Origin: Candidatus Micrarchaeota archaeon
GTDB lineage: Archaea; Micrarchaeota; Micrarchaeia; Anstonellales; Bilamarchaeaceae
Reading direction: 5' to 3'
DNA: 19,364 nt
NCBI GenBank assembly: GCA_018304385.1
Contig: JAGVWJ010000046.1
Coordinates: forward strand, 1-19,364
Shown: piece after piece, positions 1 through 8,710 of the stretch
Layout of the letters: each line of letters begins with the position of its first letter
Numbering within the stretch: position 1 is the stretch's first letter
Position numbers and translations under genes: made by a program
The notes under the pieces: generated by a model
Seen by the model: the letters and a program-made list of their open reading frames with translations, nothing else
Told to the model about the DNA's origin: nothing
Databases searched by the model: none

Positions 1-12
1 TTAGTGATAATT

Positions 13-1329
13 ATGGAAGTTAGAAGATATAATTACGATGTGCGCAGAGCAACTACTAGAGAATCGCTTGCAAGAATGTTAAAAAGATGCAAGGTAGAGA
101 GCAATGTAAGATTACATAGTACTACGGAAAAACTAACGTTAGTTGGAATAAGAGATGGAGGATTCGTTATTGATTCATCTGAACCAATTGCGCATCTAAA
201 CGTACGTGATGTGCCAGTATCAATAGCACTTAATGTTAATGCTGATGCAATAGATTTTGATGCGTATGGTACTCCTGAAAAACCAGTTGTAGCACTTTAT
301 CCGGATCATCTTTTGCCGCAGGCAGAAGAGGCATATGATTTATATGTAATGAAAAAAGTTAGAGGCGACGGAATTTATTTTGGAGAACATCTGGAATTAT
401 TGCAAAAAGCCAGAAAATTTATAGAAAACGGAAAAAGAAGAATTCCTGGAATTTGGGTATTCCCCCAAAGCATACTACCAATTTTGATAGGGGTCGGATT
501 AGAAGATACAGATTATGCAAAATGGAAACAACTTGCAAGAGGCGTATATGTAGATCGTTGCATTGTCGATAGAGCAACAACCTACCTACTCCAAAAGGTT
601 GTTGGTGTGTTAGCAATGAGAGATGGACTACCAATGGAGATAAGCGGTGAGATAGCACGACTAAGCGAGATCGCATTTGGACCAATACCACTAGCTAGAT
701 TAGGGGAGTATGCAACTATCGAAAGAGGGGTGTTTTATAAAATTTTATCAGAAACATATAGTACTAATGAAACAGAATTTCTAAGAATGGAAAGAGAAAG
801 AATCAAAGCAGCTGCTAGAAATATTATTAGAAGAGATTATCATAAATGCGGCAAAGAATTTAATGAAGATGAAGTATTTGCAGTATTGCACGAGCTGAAA
901 GCTGCACTACAGGACATCGAACCTATATACTTAGAGGAAGAAAAACCAGTTATTAGAGTGGAAAAAACGCAACCACTAGTAGAAGCTAGGCCAGTGCAAC
1001 CTCATGAAAACGTAGTTCAGTTAAGACAACCAGCAAGTCCACCAAATATTATACCAAAACCCGCAGAGGTAATAAGAATATATAAACTAGAATTGAGAGA
1101 ATTTATAGCTGCATGCAAAAATCAATTCATAGGAAGTCCAATAGAAATACTAACTGCACTGCACGACATTGCAAAAAATAAGGAGCTAAACTATACAATA
1201 GATCATCCAGAAAATTTAATTAAACTAATTGAAAAATATCGTAGCGAGCTAAGAGAGAGATACTTTGATGTTAATAGTGTTTTAGAAGAAATGGCAGCTA
1301 AGAATGCAAAGTTAGCACGAGCTAGTTAG
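13..1329 (+). CDS. hypothetical protein (~438 aa)
   Basis: Long ORF (4..1329). ATG at 13 follows GTGA. No recognisable family motif. Pro-rich linker (RQPASPPNIIPKP) precedes a small helical C-terminal domain. Confidence 0.7.
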   Translation: MEVRRYNYDVRRATTRESLARMLKRCKVESNVRLHSTTEKLTLVGIRDGGFVIDSSEPIAHLNVRDVPVSIALNVNADAIDFDAYGTPEKPVVALYPDHLLPQAEEAYDLYVMKKVRGDGIYFGEHLELLQKARKFIENGKRRIPGIWVFPQSILPILIGVGLEDTDYAKWKQLARGVYVDRCIVDRATTYLLQKVVGVLAMRDGLPMEISGEIARLSEIAFGPIPLARLGEYATIERGVFYKILSETYSTNETEFLRMERERIKAAARNIIRRDYHKCGKEFNEDEVFAVLHELKAALQDIEPIYLEEEKPVIRVEKTQPLVEARPVQPHENVVQLRQPASPPNIIPKPAEVIRIYKLELREFIAACKNQFIGSPIEILTALHDIAKNKELNYTIDHPENLIKLIEKYRSELRERYFDVNSVLEEMAAKNAKLARAS

Positions 1330-2077
1330 ACCTCAATTCTGTTGCTATAGCTGCTCTTAAAAATGCAGATACATGTGCTTCTTTGTATTCACTTCTAACT
1401 ACAGTTTGCACATTCTCTCCTTGTTTTAATGCTGCTGCAACAACCCACCCCATCTCGTTTTTTACTACAAAGAGTGAACATCTTCTAGCCTTAAGATCTT
1501 CCATAATTTTGTTTGGATGCTCTAGATGCTGTGAAGATCTATTAAGAAGAGATATTCCATCAACAAATTCTGAGCACAAAGGTCCAAATACTCTTAGTAC
1601 AGTCATGTTTGCTGTTGTTTTTAAGACACTGCTCATTCTTACGCCTTTTGGCAATTCTACAAGATCAACAGGTAATGGCATTGAAGGTAAATGTGTTTTT
1701 CCTAGCCTTAGTAGCGCTATTCTAGCTTCTTGACTATCTTTGGCCATGGCAATAGCCATATTAGTCCATGCTTCAATTTCTTTTACTCTATCTTCCTGAG
1801 ATTTAAGATCTTGTATTTTTGCTGCTTCTGTTAATCTTACTGCTACTTCGATCTTCAAATCCAATATCTCTCTTGTATGTGAATAAGCCAATTCAACTGA
1901 TAGTAAACGAAGTTGTGGTTTTAGTTCGCCTGTCCAGGTCTCAAGTTTTCGAAGTGCGGCAAAAACTTTTTTTGAGGTTTCTTCAAAAATACTGCATCTT
2001 ACTGGCTCTGCTAGCGGTGATGAAAGTACTTTTCTACGTGCCTTTGGAGCTGTACCTTGTTCTATCAATTTTCTCAT
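1322..2077 (-). CDS. hypothetical protein (251 aa)
   Basis: ORF with a helical N-terminal half. 3' end overlaps the convergent gene by 8 nt. Its ATG overlaps the upstream TGA (ATGA coupling). Confidence 0.7.
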   Translation of the reverse strand: MRKLIEQGTAPKARRKVLSSPLAEPVRCSIFEETSKKVFAALRKLETWTGELKPQLRLLSVELAYSHTREILDLKIEVAVRLTEAAKIQDLKSQEDRVKEIEAWTNMAIAMAKDSQEARIALLRLGKTHLPSMPLPVDLVELPKGVRMSSVLKTTANMTVLRVFGPLCSEFVDGISLLNRSSQHLEHPNKIMEDLKARRCSLFVVKNEMGWVVAAALKQGENVQTVVRSEYKEAHVSAFLRAAIATELRSN

Positions 2078-2295
2078 TGCATTCTACCTTCCAATATTGT
2101 TTCTAGTGCATCAGATCTAACTAATTTTTTAAGCAAAAATATGCCACCACGCAACTCGTTTGTAGTTGTTTGCCTTTGTTCCAATCTCATTGCTACATGA
2201 TCTGGACCCATTAATACAAATTTTGCCCCTAAGGCGAATCTCTGATGTACCATTAGTCTTGCAGCCTCGCCACTAGCACCATAATAAGTTTGCAT
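2074..2295 (-). CDS. small hypothetical protein (73 aa; ORF extends to 2310)
   Basis: ATGA overlap with the next gene. A TTTAAAAA box at 2318-2325 lies ~23 nt before ATG 2295, consistent with a leaderless start. Confidence 0.5.
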   Translation of the reverse strand: MQTYYGASGEAARLMVHQRFALGAKFVLMGPDHVAMRLEQRQTTTNELRGGIFLLKKLVRSDALETILEGRMQ

Positions 2296-2313
2296 AAGTA
2301 TATTATGCATAAT

Positions 2314-2332
2314 AACCTTTTTAAACCTTTTA
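2314..2332 (-). promoter_or_regulatory. putative BRE/TATA promoter (AAAAGGTTTAAAAAGGT)
   Basis: The same core ACCTTTTTAAACC occurs at 8665-8677, upstream of the membrane-protein gene. Confidence 0.35.
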
Positions 2333-2342
2333 TTATAACAAG

Positions 2343-3824
2343 CTATTTCATCGCCAATCTCTCTAGCGCATTAACAACCAGTCTAACTCCAATTCCGCTC
2401 GCCCCTTTCTCCAAATAACTATGCTTCTCGGAGATCATATCAACGCCAGCAATATCAAGATGCGCCCATTTGCATTCGCCTACGAATTCTTGCAGAAATG
2501 CTGCTGCAGTTATACTACCTGCATCGCCCACCTCGCTACCAATATTTTTAATATCTGCAAAATCTCCTTTATCCATTTCTACATATTCTTTATCTAAAGG
2601 CATGCGCCAAACACGCTCGAATGTTGCTTCGCCAGCTTCGAATATTGCTTTAGCCAAATTATCATCATTACTAAAGAGACCTGCGCGATATCTACCTAAA
2701 GAAATTATTATTGCACCAGTTAGCGTAGCTAGATCAATTATTGCTTGAGGCTTGCGCTCTGCAACATAAGCAAGCGTATCAGCTAATATTAATCTACCTT
2801 CTGCATCTGTATTTAGCACTTCAATTGTTTTTCCATTATAAGCTGTGATTATATCACCTGGCTTTTGCGCTGTGCCAGAAGGCATATTCTCTGTTGCTGC
2901 AAATGCGCCTATTAAGCGAATTGGTAGTTTAAGCTCGCTAACTGCTCGCATTATTCCAAGAGTGGTAACTGCACCAGTTTTATCATACTTCATCTCTTGC
3001 ATTCCTTTTGCTGGCTTGATTGAAATACCGCCAGAATCAAATGTTATCCCTTTGCCAACAACTGCATAAAACGGTACGTCTTTCTTATCTTTATTATACT
3101 CCATTATGACAAGCACTGGCGGAAGTGCGCTACCTTGATTAACACCTAATATCGCGTTCATTTTCATTTTCTTTAAATCATCTTTTTCGAAAACAGTGCA
3201 TGCTAATCCATTTTGCTTTGAAAGATCACGAGCTGATTGTGCAAGCATCTGTGGTGTTGCAATGTTTGCTGGATTCTCGTTAATATCTCGCACATAGTTT
3301 TGCGCAGTTGCCAAAGCACTTGCGCGTTTTATCGCATCACTAACATTCTCTTGAGAAATTATGTTTGCAGTCTTAACCTCGAAATAATCATCTTTTTTTG
3401 TTTTGAATTTTATTGGTTTATAGCTTGCAAGAATTGCGCCTTCTGCAATTGATTGCGCTGCTTCGCTTGCATTCTTTACATTTGGTAATACAATACTTAC
3501 GCTTGCACTTTTAGCACTTGCAGCATAGCGAACAGCTGTACCACCAAATCTTCGCAAATAATCTAAATTAAAATCTTTTTCTTCTCCTAATCCATAAAGT
3601 AAAACCTTAAACTTGAATGCTGTAATGCTATTGAAAACGTATACCTGCCCTGACTTTCCTTCAAACTCTTCTTTGCGTACATACTGAGAAAGGTCTTCAA
3701 ATTCCTTTGGATATTTCAGGGGGGTTGCGCTAGGGGGCTGGCCCCCTGGCACTTGAAAGACCGCGATTGCGATTACTTCGTCCTTTGTTTCTTTGATTGA
3801 AATCTTATTCTGATTGACTTGCAT
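2343..3824 (-). CDS. pepA: leucyl aminopeptidase, M17 family (493 aa)
   Basis: M17 motifs VGKGITFDSGG, MKYDKTGA, NTDAEGRL, DLATLTGA, WAHLDIAG. ATG at 3824 follows GGGGTG. Confidence 0.95.
   Translation of the reverse strand: MQVNQNKISIKETKDEVIAIAVFQVPGGQPPSATPLKYPKEFEDLSQYVRKEEFEGKSGQVYVFNSITAFKFKVLLYGLGEEKDFNLDYLRRFGGTAVRYAASAKSASVSIVLPNVKNASEAAQSIAEGAILASYKPIKFKTKKDDYFEVKTANIISQENVSDAIKRASALATAQNYVRDINENPANIATPQMLAQSARDLSKQNGLACTVFEKDDLKKMKMNAILGVNQGSALPPVLVIMEYNKDKKDVPFYAVVGKGITFDSGGISIKPAKGMQEMKYDKTGAVTTLGIMRAVSELKLPIRLIGAFAATENMPSGTAQKPGDIITAYNGKTIEVLNTDAEGRLILADTLAYVAERKPQAIIDLATLTGAIIISLGRYRAGLFSNDDNLAKAIFEAGEATFERVWRMPLDKEYVEMDKGDFADIKNIGSEVGDAGSITAAAFLQEFVGECKWAHLDIAGVDMISEKHSYLEKGASGIGVRLVVNALERLAMK
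3720..3751. repeat. GC-rich 32-nt element, copy 1 (inside pepA)
   Basis: GGGGGTTGCGCTAGGGGGCTGGCCCCCTGGCA; 27/32 identical to 7251-7282; contains a GGGGG-CTGG-CCCCC hairpin. Confidence 0.75.
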
Positions 3825-3843
3825 AGAATACACCCCATAATTA

Positions 3844-3878
3844 GCAATGGGCCTTGGGCAATGAGCCATTGGCCAGTG
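3844..3878 (+). repeat. degenerate heptamer array (5 units)
   Basis: GCAATGG GCCTTGG GCAATGA GCCATTG GCCAGTG, with GC every 7 nt, in the divergent pepA/flavin reductase spacer. Confidence 0.75.
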
Positions 3879-3938
3879 TGTTTATATTAAAAGAAAAAGA
3901 ATAAAAAGAAAGCACTAAAATATAGTCTGGGTGGATTT

Positions 3939-4499
3939 ATGGATTTACCGTGGGGAGATGAACGAACAAGAAAATTTATTACAAATGTCGGATTAATAAC
4001 AAGCAACGGACCAAAAGGCCAAAATATAATGGCTGCAGAATGGACACATCATATATCATACTCACCTGGTCTGATAATAATTAACATACATACAAATGAT
4101 GCTACTTATGAGAATATCAAAGGAACTAAGGAATTTGGAGTAAACCTATGCGCAGTTGATCAGAATATAGTTTCCAGTATCGCTGGTGGAAGCCATGGGC
4201 AGAATGTTGATAAAATTGCTGTACTTAAAGAATTGGGTTACGAATTTTATGCTGGAAAAAAGATTAAAGCGCTCATGCTTAAGGGCGCTGCAATGAATGC
4301 AGAATGTAAGGCAGTGAAGAAAATGACGCTTGGAGATCATGTAGCAATTGTTGGTGAGGTACTCGAGGCAACTGCAAACGATAAAGCGCCGTTAGCCTAT
4401 CATGATGGAAAATATTGGAAATTGGGAGAGCAAATTAGCAAGCCGCAGCAAGATAAAATAGACAAAATAAAGCAACTGGTGGAGAAGCATAAAAAGTGA
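3939..4499 (+). CDS. flavin reductase family protein (DIM6/NTAB-like)
   Basis: Motifs VGLITS-NIMAAEW, TYENI-EFGVNL, ECK-GDH-IVGEV, PLAYHDGKY. SD GGGTGG. Confidence 0.9.
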   Translation: MDLPWGDERTRKFITNVGLITSNGPKGQNIMAAEWTHHISYSPGLIIINIHTNDATYENIKGTKEFGVNLCAVDQNIVSSIAGGSHGQNVDKIAVLKELGYEFYAGKKIKALMLKGAAMNAECKAVKKMTLGDHVAIVGEVLEATANDKAPLAYHDGKYWKLGEQISKPQQDKIDKIKQLVEKHKK

Positions 4500-4568
4500 T
4501 AATACGTTCAGCTTTCCGACCATTTTATGCTATTTTTGGTTGATTTTCTGAACAAAAATATAGAAAAA

Positions 4569-4910
4569 TTAGGACTTGGCCATCCTTCGCTGCTCTGTAA
4601 CCTCTTTTTCTCTTATTGTATTATCAAGAACTTTTATAATTCCTGCTGCATTCGCACCTACAGGTAAAACATTACCCCTAATGTCTTTATTACTAGAAAG
4701 AATGCCCTTAAATTCTAATAAATCCTTTTTATCCATATCACCCATAAGGCGCATTTCACCACGATCTTCTCCCTTACCTTTGTAAAATCTAAGACCAACA
4801 AGCTGTTCTTGCTTAGTGAATGTATTAATTTCAGTGACTAGCACTCCTTGCCAACCACTTTTTGTTGGTTCCAATTCATATTCCTTATCTGATCCTGTCC
4901 TTTCTCCCAT
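4569..4910 (-). CDS. hypothetical protein (113 aa)
   Basis: SD AGGTGA overlaps the stop of the reductase gene, suggesting co-transcription. Confidence 0.7.
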   Translation of the reverse strand: MGERTGSDKEYELEPTKSGWQGVLVTEINTFTKQEQLVGLRFYKGKGEDRGEMRLMGDMDKKDLLEFKGILSSNKDIRGNVLPVGANAAGIIKVLDNTIREKEVTEQRRMAKS

Positions 4911-4919
4911 AAAATCACC

Positions 4920-6197
4920 TTAAGCTAACAGTACCTTCAAATAAAACCATGGATTATGAAACTGCTTCTGGTTTTCAGGATCAATTAAAGCACCTGAAAT
5001 AGCATCCCTAATTGTTTGTGAGCGGTTAGCCTTATCTATTATCATATTTATTAGGAACTTATACTTTACAAGCTTCTGAAGCTTATAGCTCGTATCAAGC
5101 TCATTACCAACCTCATCATACAAAGCAGTTTGATACTCACTAAGTGTTGCTTCACTAAAATCATTTTTTTCAAATGCTTTAAGAATAATGCTGCTGGCAA
5201 TTTTACCACTTACTAAACCATTGCCAATGCCTTCGCCAGTAAATGGATCTATGAGCGAGGCTGCATCTCCAACTAGCAAATATCCGTTTCCATAAACTTT
5301 TGGTCTATAAGATCCCACTGGCAATTGCCAACGTTTCACATCGCTTATTTTCTTTGCATTAGCAAATCTTGGCTTAAATAAATTATTTTTCTCAATAACC
5401 TCATACATAACTTTCTCAAGGTTAATTTTTTTCTTTGCCATATCACTAACAATCATGCCAATGCCTACATTTGCCTTCTTATTCGGCAAGGGAAATATCC
5501 AGAAATATCCTGGTAGTGATTCATTAACAAAATGTAATTCAATCTTATCACTCATACCTTCAACGCCATCATAATAGGCGCGCAGTGCACTTACCAAATG
5601 ATCATTATATGTATTAATAGCGCCTACTTTGCGAGCAGTTATGCCACCTATACCATCTGCGCCAACAACACATTTTGCTCTAAATGAATATGGTTTTCCA
5701 TCGTAAGTTCCAGTAACCCCAACAACCTGGCCATTCTCAATAATTAAGTCATTTGCAAAAAATCCCTCAATTGTATTACAATGTTTTTTCGCATTCTGGA
5801 ATAGTACATTATCAAAAACTTCTCTTGCACAGACAAAACCTGGTGGCTCATTAGAATCCTTTTTCTTTGCTGATATTTCTACAACCACGCCTTTCGGACT
5901 CGAGAACGTTACGCCATGCATTTTTAGATGCTCGACTTTATGAATATCATCAATTACACCTAGCTCTTTTAGTATTTTAACGCTCTTTCCGCTTATACCA
6001 TCGCCACATGTCTTATCCCTTGGAAATCTAGCCCTATCTAGCAGAAGCACATTCTTTTTTGCCATACTTAGAAATGTTGCTGCGCTGCTTCCGCTTGGCC
6101 CTCCACCTAAAACAATTACATCAAAATCTGTGTTACTGAATGCAGTAACATCTTTGGAGAGTTCTTCTGGTGTTTTTTGTTTGTCTTTTTTGACCAT
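4920..6197 (-). CDS. geranylgeranyl reductase family FAD-dependent oxidoreductase
   Basis: GGGPSG Rossmann motif, PRDKTCGDG, VVGADG, GYFWIFP, LVGDAASLIDPFTGEGIG. SD GAGGT. Confidence 0.9.
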   Translation of the reverse strand: MVKKDKQKTPEELSKDVTAFSNTDFDVIVLGGGPSGSSAATFLSMAKKNVLLLDRARFPRDKTCGDGISGKSVKILKELGVIDDIHKVEHLKMHGVTFSSPKGVVVEISAKKKDSNEPPGFVCAREVFDNVLFQNAKKHCNTIEGFFANDLIIENGQVVGVTGTYDGKPYSFRAKCVVGADGIGGITARKVGAINTYNDHLVSALRAYYDGVEGMSDKIELHFVNESLPGYFWIFPLPNKKANVGIGMIVSDMAKKKINLEKVMYEVIEKNNLFKPRFANAKKISDVKRWQLPVGSYRPKVYGNGYLLVGDAASLIDPFTGEGIGNGLVSGKIASSIILKAFEKNDFSEATLSEYQTALYDEVGNELDTSYKLQKLVKYKFLINMIIDKANRSQTIRDAISGALIDPENQKQFHNPWFYLKVLLA

Positions 6198-6266
6198 AAA
6201 TATACCTCATCGTCAATTAATATGTAAAAAAGTATAGAGTTATATAAAAGAAAACATTAAAAATAT

Positions 6267-7334
6267 CTAGCATAACTGATCAGCATCTAGCTCGTCTACA
6301 CTGCACGAACCTTTAGGCTCGAATAAATCATCGCAATGACAGAAATCACCTACTTTAAAATGCAATAAATTTGTTTCCTTTGCACTAACTGACTGGAATA
6401 TAATTTTTTTATCAGAAATGCCTCTCATGAAATAATCCTGTGCATCTTTATCTATTATACCCTCTCCACCCGTCAGAACATTGATATCAACAGTATACAT
6501 ACCTGGTTCTATAGTTATTGCATCTTCATCAAACATATTTGGTTCTATAAAGACGCTTGTATCGGAAAGTTGCTCATCATAATAAATTGGGTCGTTTACT
6601 GATAGGTCGTAGATAAAGTCGTCTGGGCTTCCGGCCTGACTCCATTCAATATCAAAGCCATCAATAAATTCCTTGGAACCGTATAATGGTTTAGTTATTG
6701 ATAGACCAGGTATTGTAATACTTCTTTCGCCATCTATCTTGCCATCTCCCTCTATATCTACAACAAGTTTGTAGACCCCTTTTAATTTTTCTTTTGTGTT
6801 TAGCTCAAATGCTGCGTATCTGCTTTTGATTGGGTCTGGGGTATCACTAGTAATAAATACCCATTTGAAAAGATTTGGCATGAGGTCATAATCAGCCTGA
6901 GATACTGCATTCTGTTTTAGCAATGTTTCTTTTCCATTAGGACCAACTAATTTCACAACTGCTTTTTCAGGATTTTTAAGTGCTTTATTGGTACCAGATC
7001 CAGCAGAAACATCAGAAATCTCAACAGCAATACCATAGGATTTTGTAATATTATCATAATTGATAACAGGTTGTCTTTTATCAGCAACGTATGCGCGTTT
7101 ATCTTGATACCTAAGTTGTTGATCAAATTGCAATACTGCTGCAGAAACAAGATATTGATTCTCTGGTTTATTGACTGCTGGAGGTGGTTGTGGTGTTGGA
7201 AGTGGAGTTGGCTGAGGTGCTGGCAAAGGCGAAGGAGTTGGTTCTGGTGAGGGGGTTGCGCTAGGTGGTGAGCCGCCTGGCAGAGAACATCCTAGTAACA
7301 ATAATGACAATGCCAAAAGTAAATAAAATTTCAT
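6267..7334 (-). CDS. secreted lipoprotein with Pro/Thr-rich linker
   Basis: MKFYLLLALSLLLLGC is a signal peptide with a lipobox-like LGC. It is followed by a PSPEPTP-type linker, an acidic beta-rich body and four C-terminal Cys. Confidence 0.8.
   Translation of the reverse strand: MKFYLLLALSLLLLGCSLPGGSPPSATPSPEPTPSPLPAPQPTPLPTPQPPPAVNKPENQYLVSAAVLQFDQQLRYQDKRAYVADKRQPVINYDNITKSYGIAVEISDVSAGSGTNKALKNPEKAVVKLVGPNGKETLLKQNAVSQADYDLMPNLFKWVFITSDTPDPIKSRYAAFELNTKEKLKGVYKLVVDIEGDGKIDGERSITIPGLSITKPLYGSKEFIDGFDIEWSQAGSPDDFIYDLSVNDPIYYDEQLSDTSVFIEPNMFDEDAITIEPGMYTVDINVLTGGEGIIDKDAQDYFMRGISDKKIIFQSVSAKETNLLHFKVGDFCHCDDLFEPKGSCSVDELDADQLC
7251..7282. repeat. GC-rich 32-nt element, copy 2 (inside lipoprotein linker)
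   Basis: GGGGGTTGCGCTAGGTGGTGAGCCGCCTGGCA; 27/32 identical to 3720-3751, same orientation and reading frame. Confidence 0.7.
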
Positions 7335-7392
7335 AAGGATGATTCGCATATTATATTTAAAAACTTGATTGGCGCATTGTTAAATGAGAGGT

Positions 7393-7929
7393 ATGAGAAT
7401 ATATACCAAATTCGGTGATAAAGGCAAGACTTCACTTGTAGGTAAGGTCACTGATAAAGATGATCCTCGCGTTGCTGCTTATGGAGAAGTTGATGAACTA
7501 AATGCTGCTATTGGGCTAACGATTGCATTTTGCAAGTATAGCGACATAAAAGAAATATTGACACCAATCCAAAAGGATTTGTTTATTGTTGGCGCTGATT
7601 TAGCAAACCCCCAGGGCGAGAAACTAAACAGAATAAACCCGATTCGAGTGAGCGAGTTTGAAAAAACAATAGATGAAATCTGGGAGCAGCTGCCAGCATT
7701 AACTCATTTTATATTGCCTGGCGGAACGCAAACTGCTAGCTTACTGCATTTAGCCAGAACAATATGCAGACGTGCAGAGCGCAACATAGTTGCATTAAGC
7801 AAAAAAGAAAAGGTAAACCCAGATATAATCGTTTATATAAATAGACTAAGCGATTTACTATTTACATTAGCACGATTTGCGAATAGAAAAGAGAGAGTAG
7901 AAGAGATAATTTGGAAAGGGAAGAAATAG
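7393..7929 (+). CDS. ATP:cob(I)alamin adenosyltransferase, PduO type
   Basis: MRIYTKFGDKGKT, AYGEVDELNA, FILPGG, LHLARTICRRAER, YINRLSDLLF. SD GAGGT before ATG 7393. Confidence 0.93.
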   Translation: MRIYTKFGDKGKTSLVGKVTDKDDPRVAAYGEVDELNAAIGLTIAFCKYSDIKEILTPIQKDLFIVGADLANPQGEKLNRINPIRVSEFEKTIDEIWEQLPALTHFILPGGTQTASLLHLARTICRRAERNIVALSKKEKVNPDIIVYINRLSDLLFTLARFANRKERVEEIIWKGKK

Positions 7930-7936
7930 GACACAA

Positions 7937-8320
7937 TTATATCTTCTCTTCTAGTTTGATTCTCTTTAGACCGATTTTATCGTAAACACTATCAGAACTT
8001 ATTATAACGCCGTCTTGTCGAGCAATAACAGCGTGCATAGAATCAAATGGTGAGGCTTTGTAATTGCTCATTATATGACTCGAAGCGATAATATACTCAT
8101 AGTTAATTGAAATATTTTTTATTTTTATTAGATTTACTGTCTCTTCTATAATCGTAACTGTATCTAGCTTATTTTTATAGGAGTATAACATTAATTCCTG
8201 TAATAAAATTTGCGAACCCCATATTTCATCGTTATATTTTTCATAGATTGACTCTGCATTATTCTTTAGCCAATCGCTTTCTTTAACTAAAGCAAGAATA
8301 AAATCAGTTTCAGCGTACAT
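7937..8320 (-). CDS. vapC: PIN-domain toxin (VapC family)
   Basis: MYAETDFILAL...QEL...PFDSMHA...IISSDSVYD, the acidic PIN catalytic pattern; 127 aa. Confidence 0.85.
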   Translation of the reverse strand: MYAETDFILALVKESDWLKNNAESIYEKYNDEIWGSQILLQELMLYSYKNKLDTVTIIEETVNLIKIKNISINYEYIIASSHIMSNYKASPFDSMHAVIARQDGVIISSDSVYDKIGLKRIKLEEKI

Positions 8321-8565
8321 TATACTCCTCCCAGCGCAGTTTCAAGAATCTCTTTTTTTATCTCCTTTATTGACCGCTTTTCGTGCTTAAAAATTTTCCT
8401 GAGTGCCTTAAGTGGTTCCTTAGACTTAATTACTGGGTGAAAAATAACATCTCCATTTGGCATGGGAAGAATCATGTATTTCTTGCCTCTAAACTCTTCC
8501 TCTAATGCGGCAGGTACGTATATCTTTCTCGCTTTATCCATACTAACATATTCAAATTCTGTCAT
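8320..8565 (-). CDS. AbrB/MazE-fold antitoxin (VapB-like)
   Basis: VSMDKARKIYVPAAL resembles the AbrB N-terminal motif. 81 aa, with a TAATG 1-nt overlap with the PIN gene. Confidence 0.75.
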   Translation of the reverse strand: MTEFEYVSMDKARKIYVPAALEEEFRGKKYMILPMPNGDVIFHPVIKSKEPLKALRKIFKHEKRSIKEIKKEILETALGGV

Positions 8566-8575
8566 ATTTATATTA

Positions 8576-8625
8576 TTTCCCGAAATATTTATAAATCTTG
8601 GGAAAAATAAGGAATTTTTGGGAAA
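8576..8625. promoter_or_regulatory. putative antitoxin operator/promoter
   Basis: Near-palindrome TTTCCCGAAA (8576-8585), TTTATAAA box (8588-8595), and TTGGGAAA repeated at 8598 and 8618. Confidence 0.35.
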
Positions 8626-8710
8626 TTAGAATTTTGACGCTATATCAACAATAAATACGAAAATACCTTTTTAAACCCTAAAATAGAGTATTGTCCATGG
8701 TAGTGGTATT

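Noticed and set aside
1322-1600. PcfJ-like or GNAT-like domain at the C-terminus of the 251-aa protein
   Set aside because: Only a vague beta-strand pattern; diagnostic residues were not seen.
4506-4553. Terminator hairpin between convergent genes
   Set aside because: Only a 6-bp stem (GTTCAG/CTGAAC) around a 36-nt loop; too weak to call.
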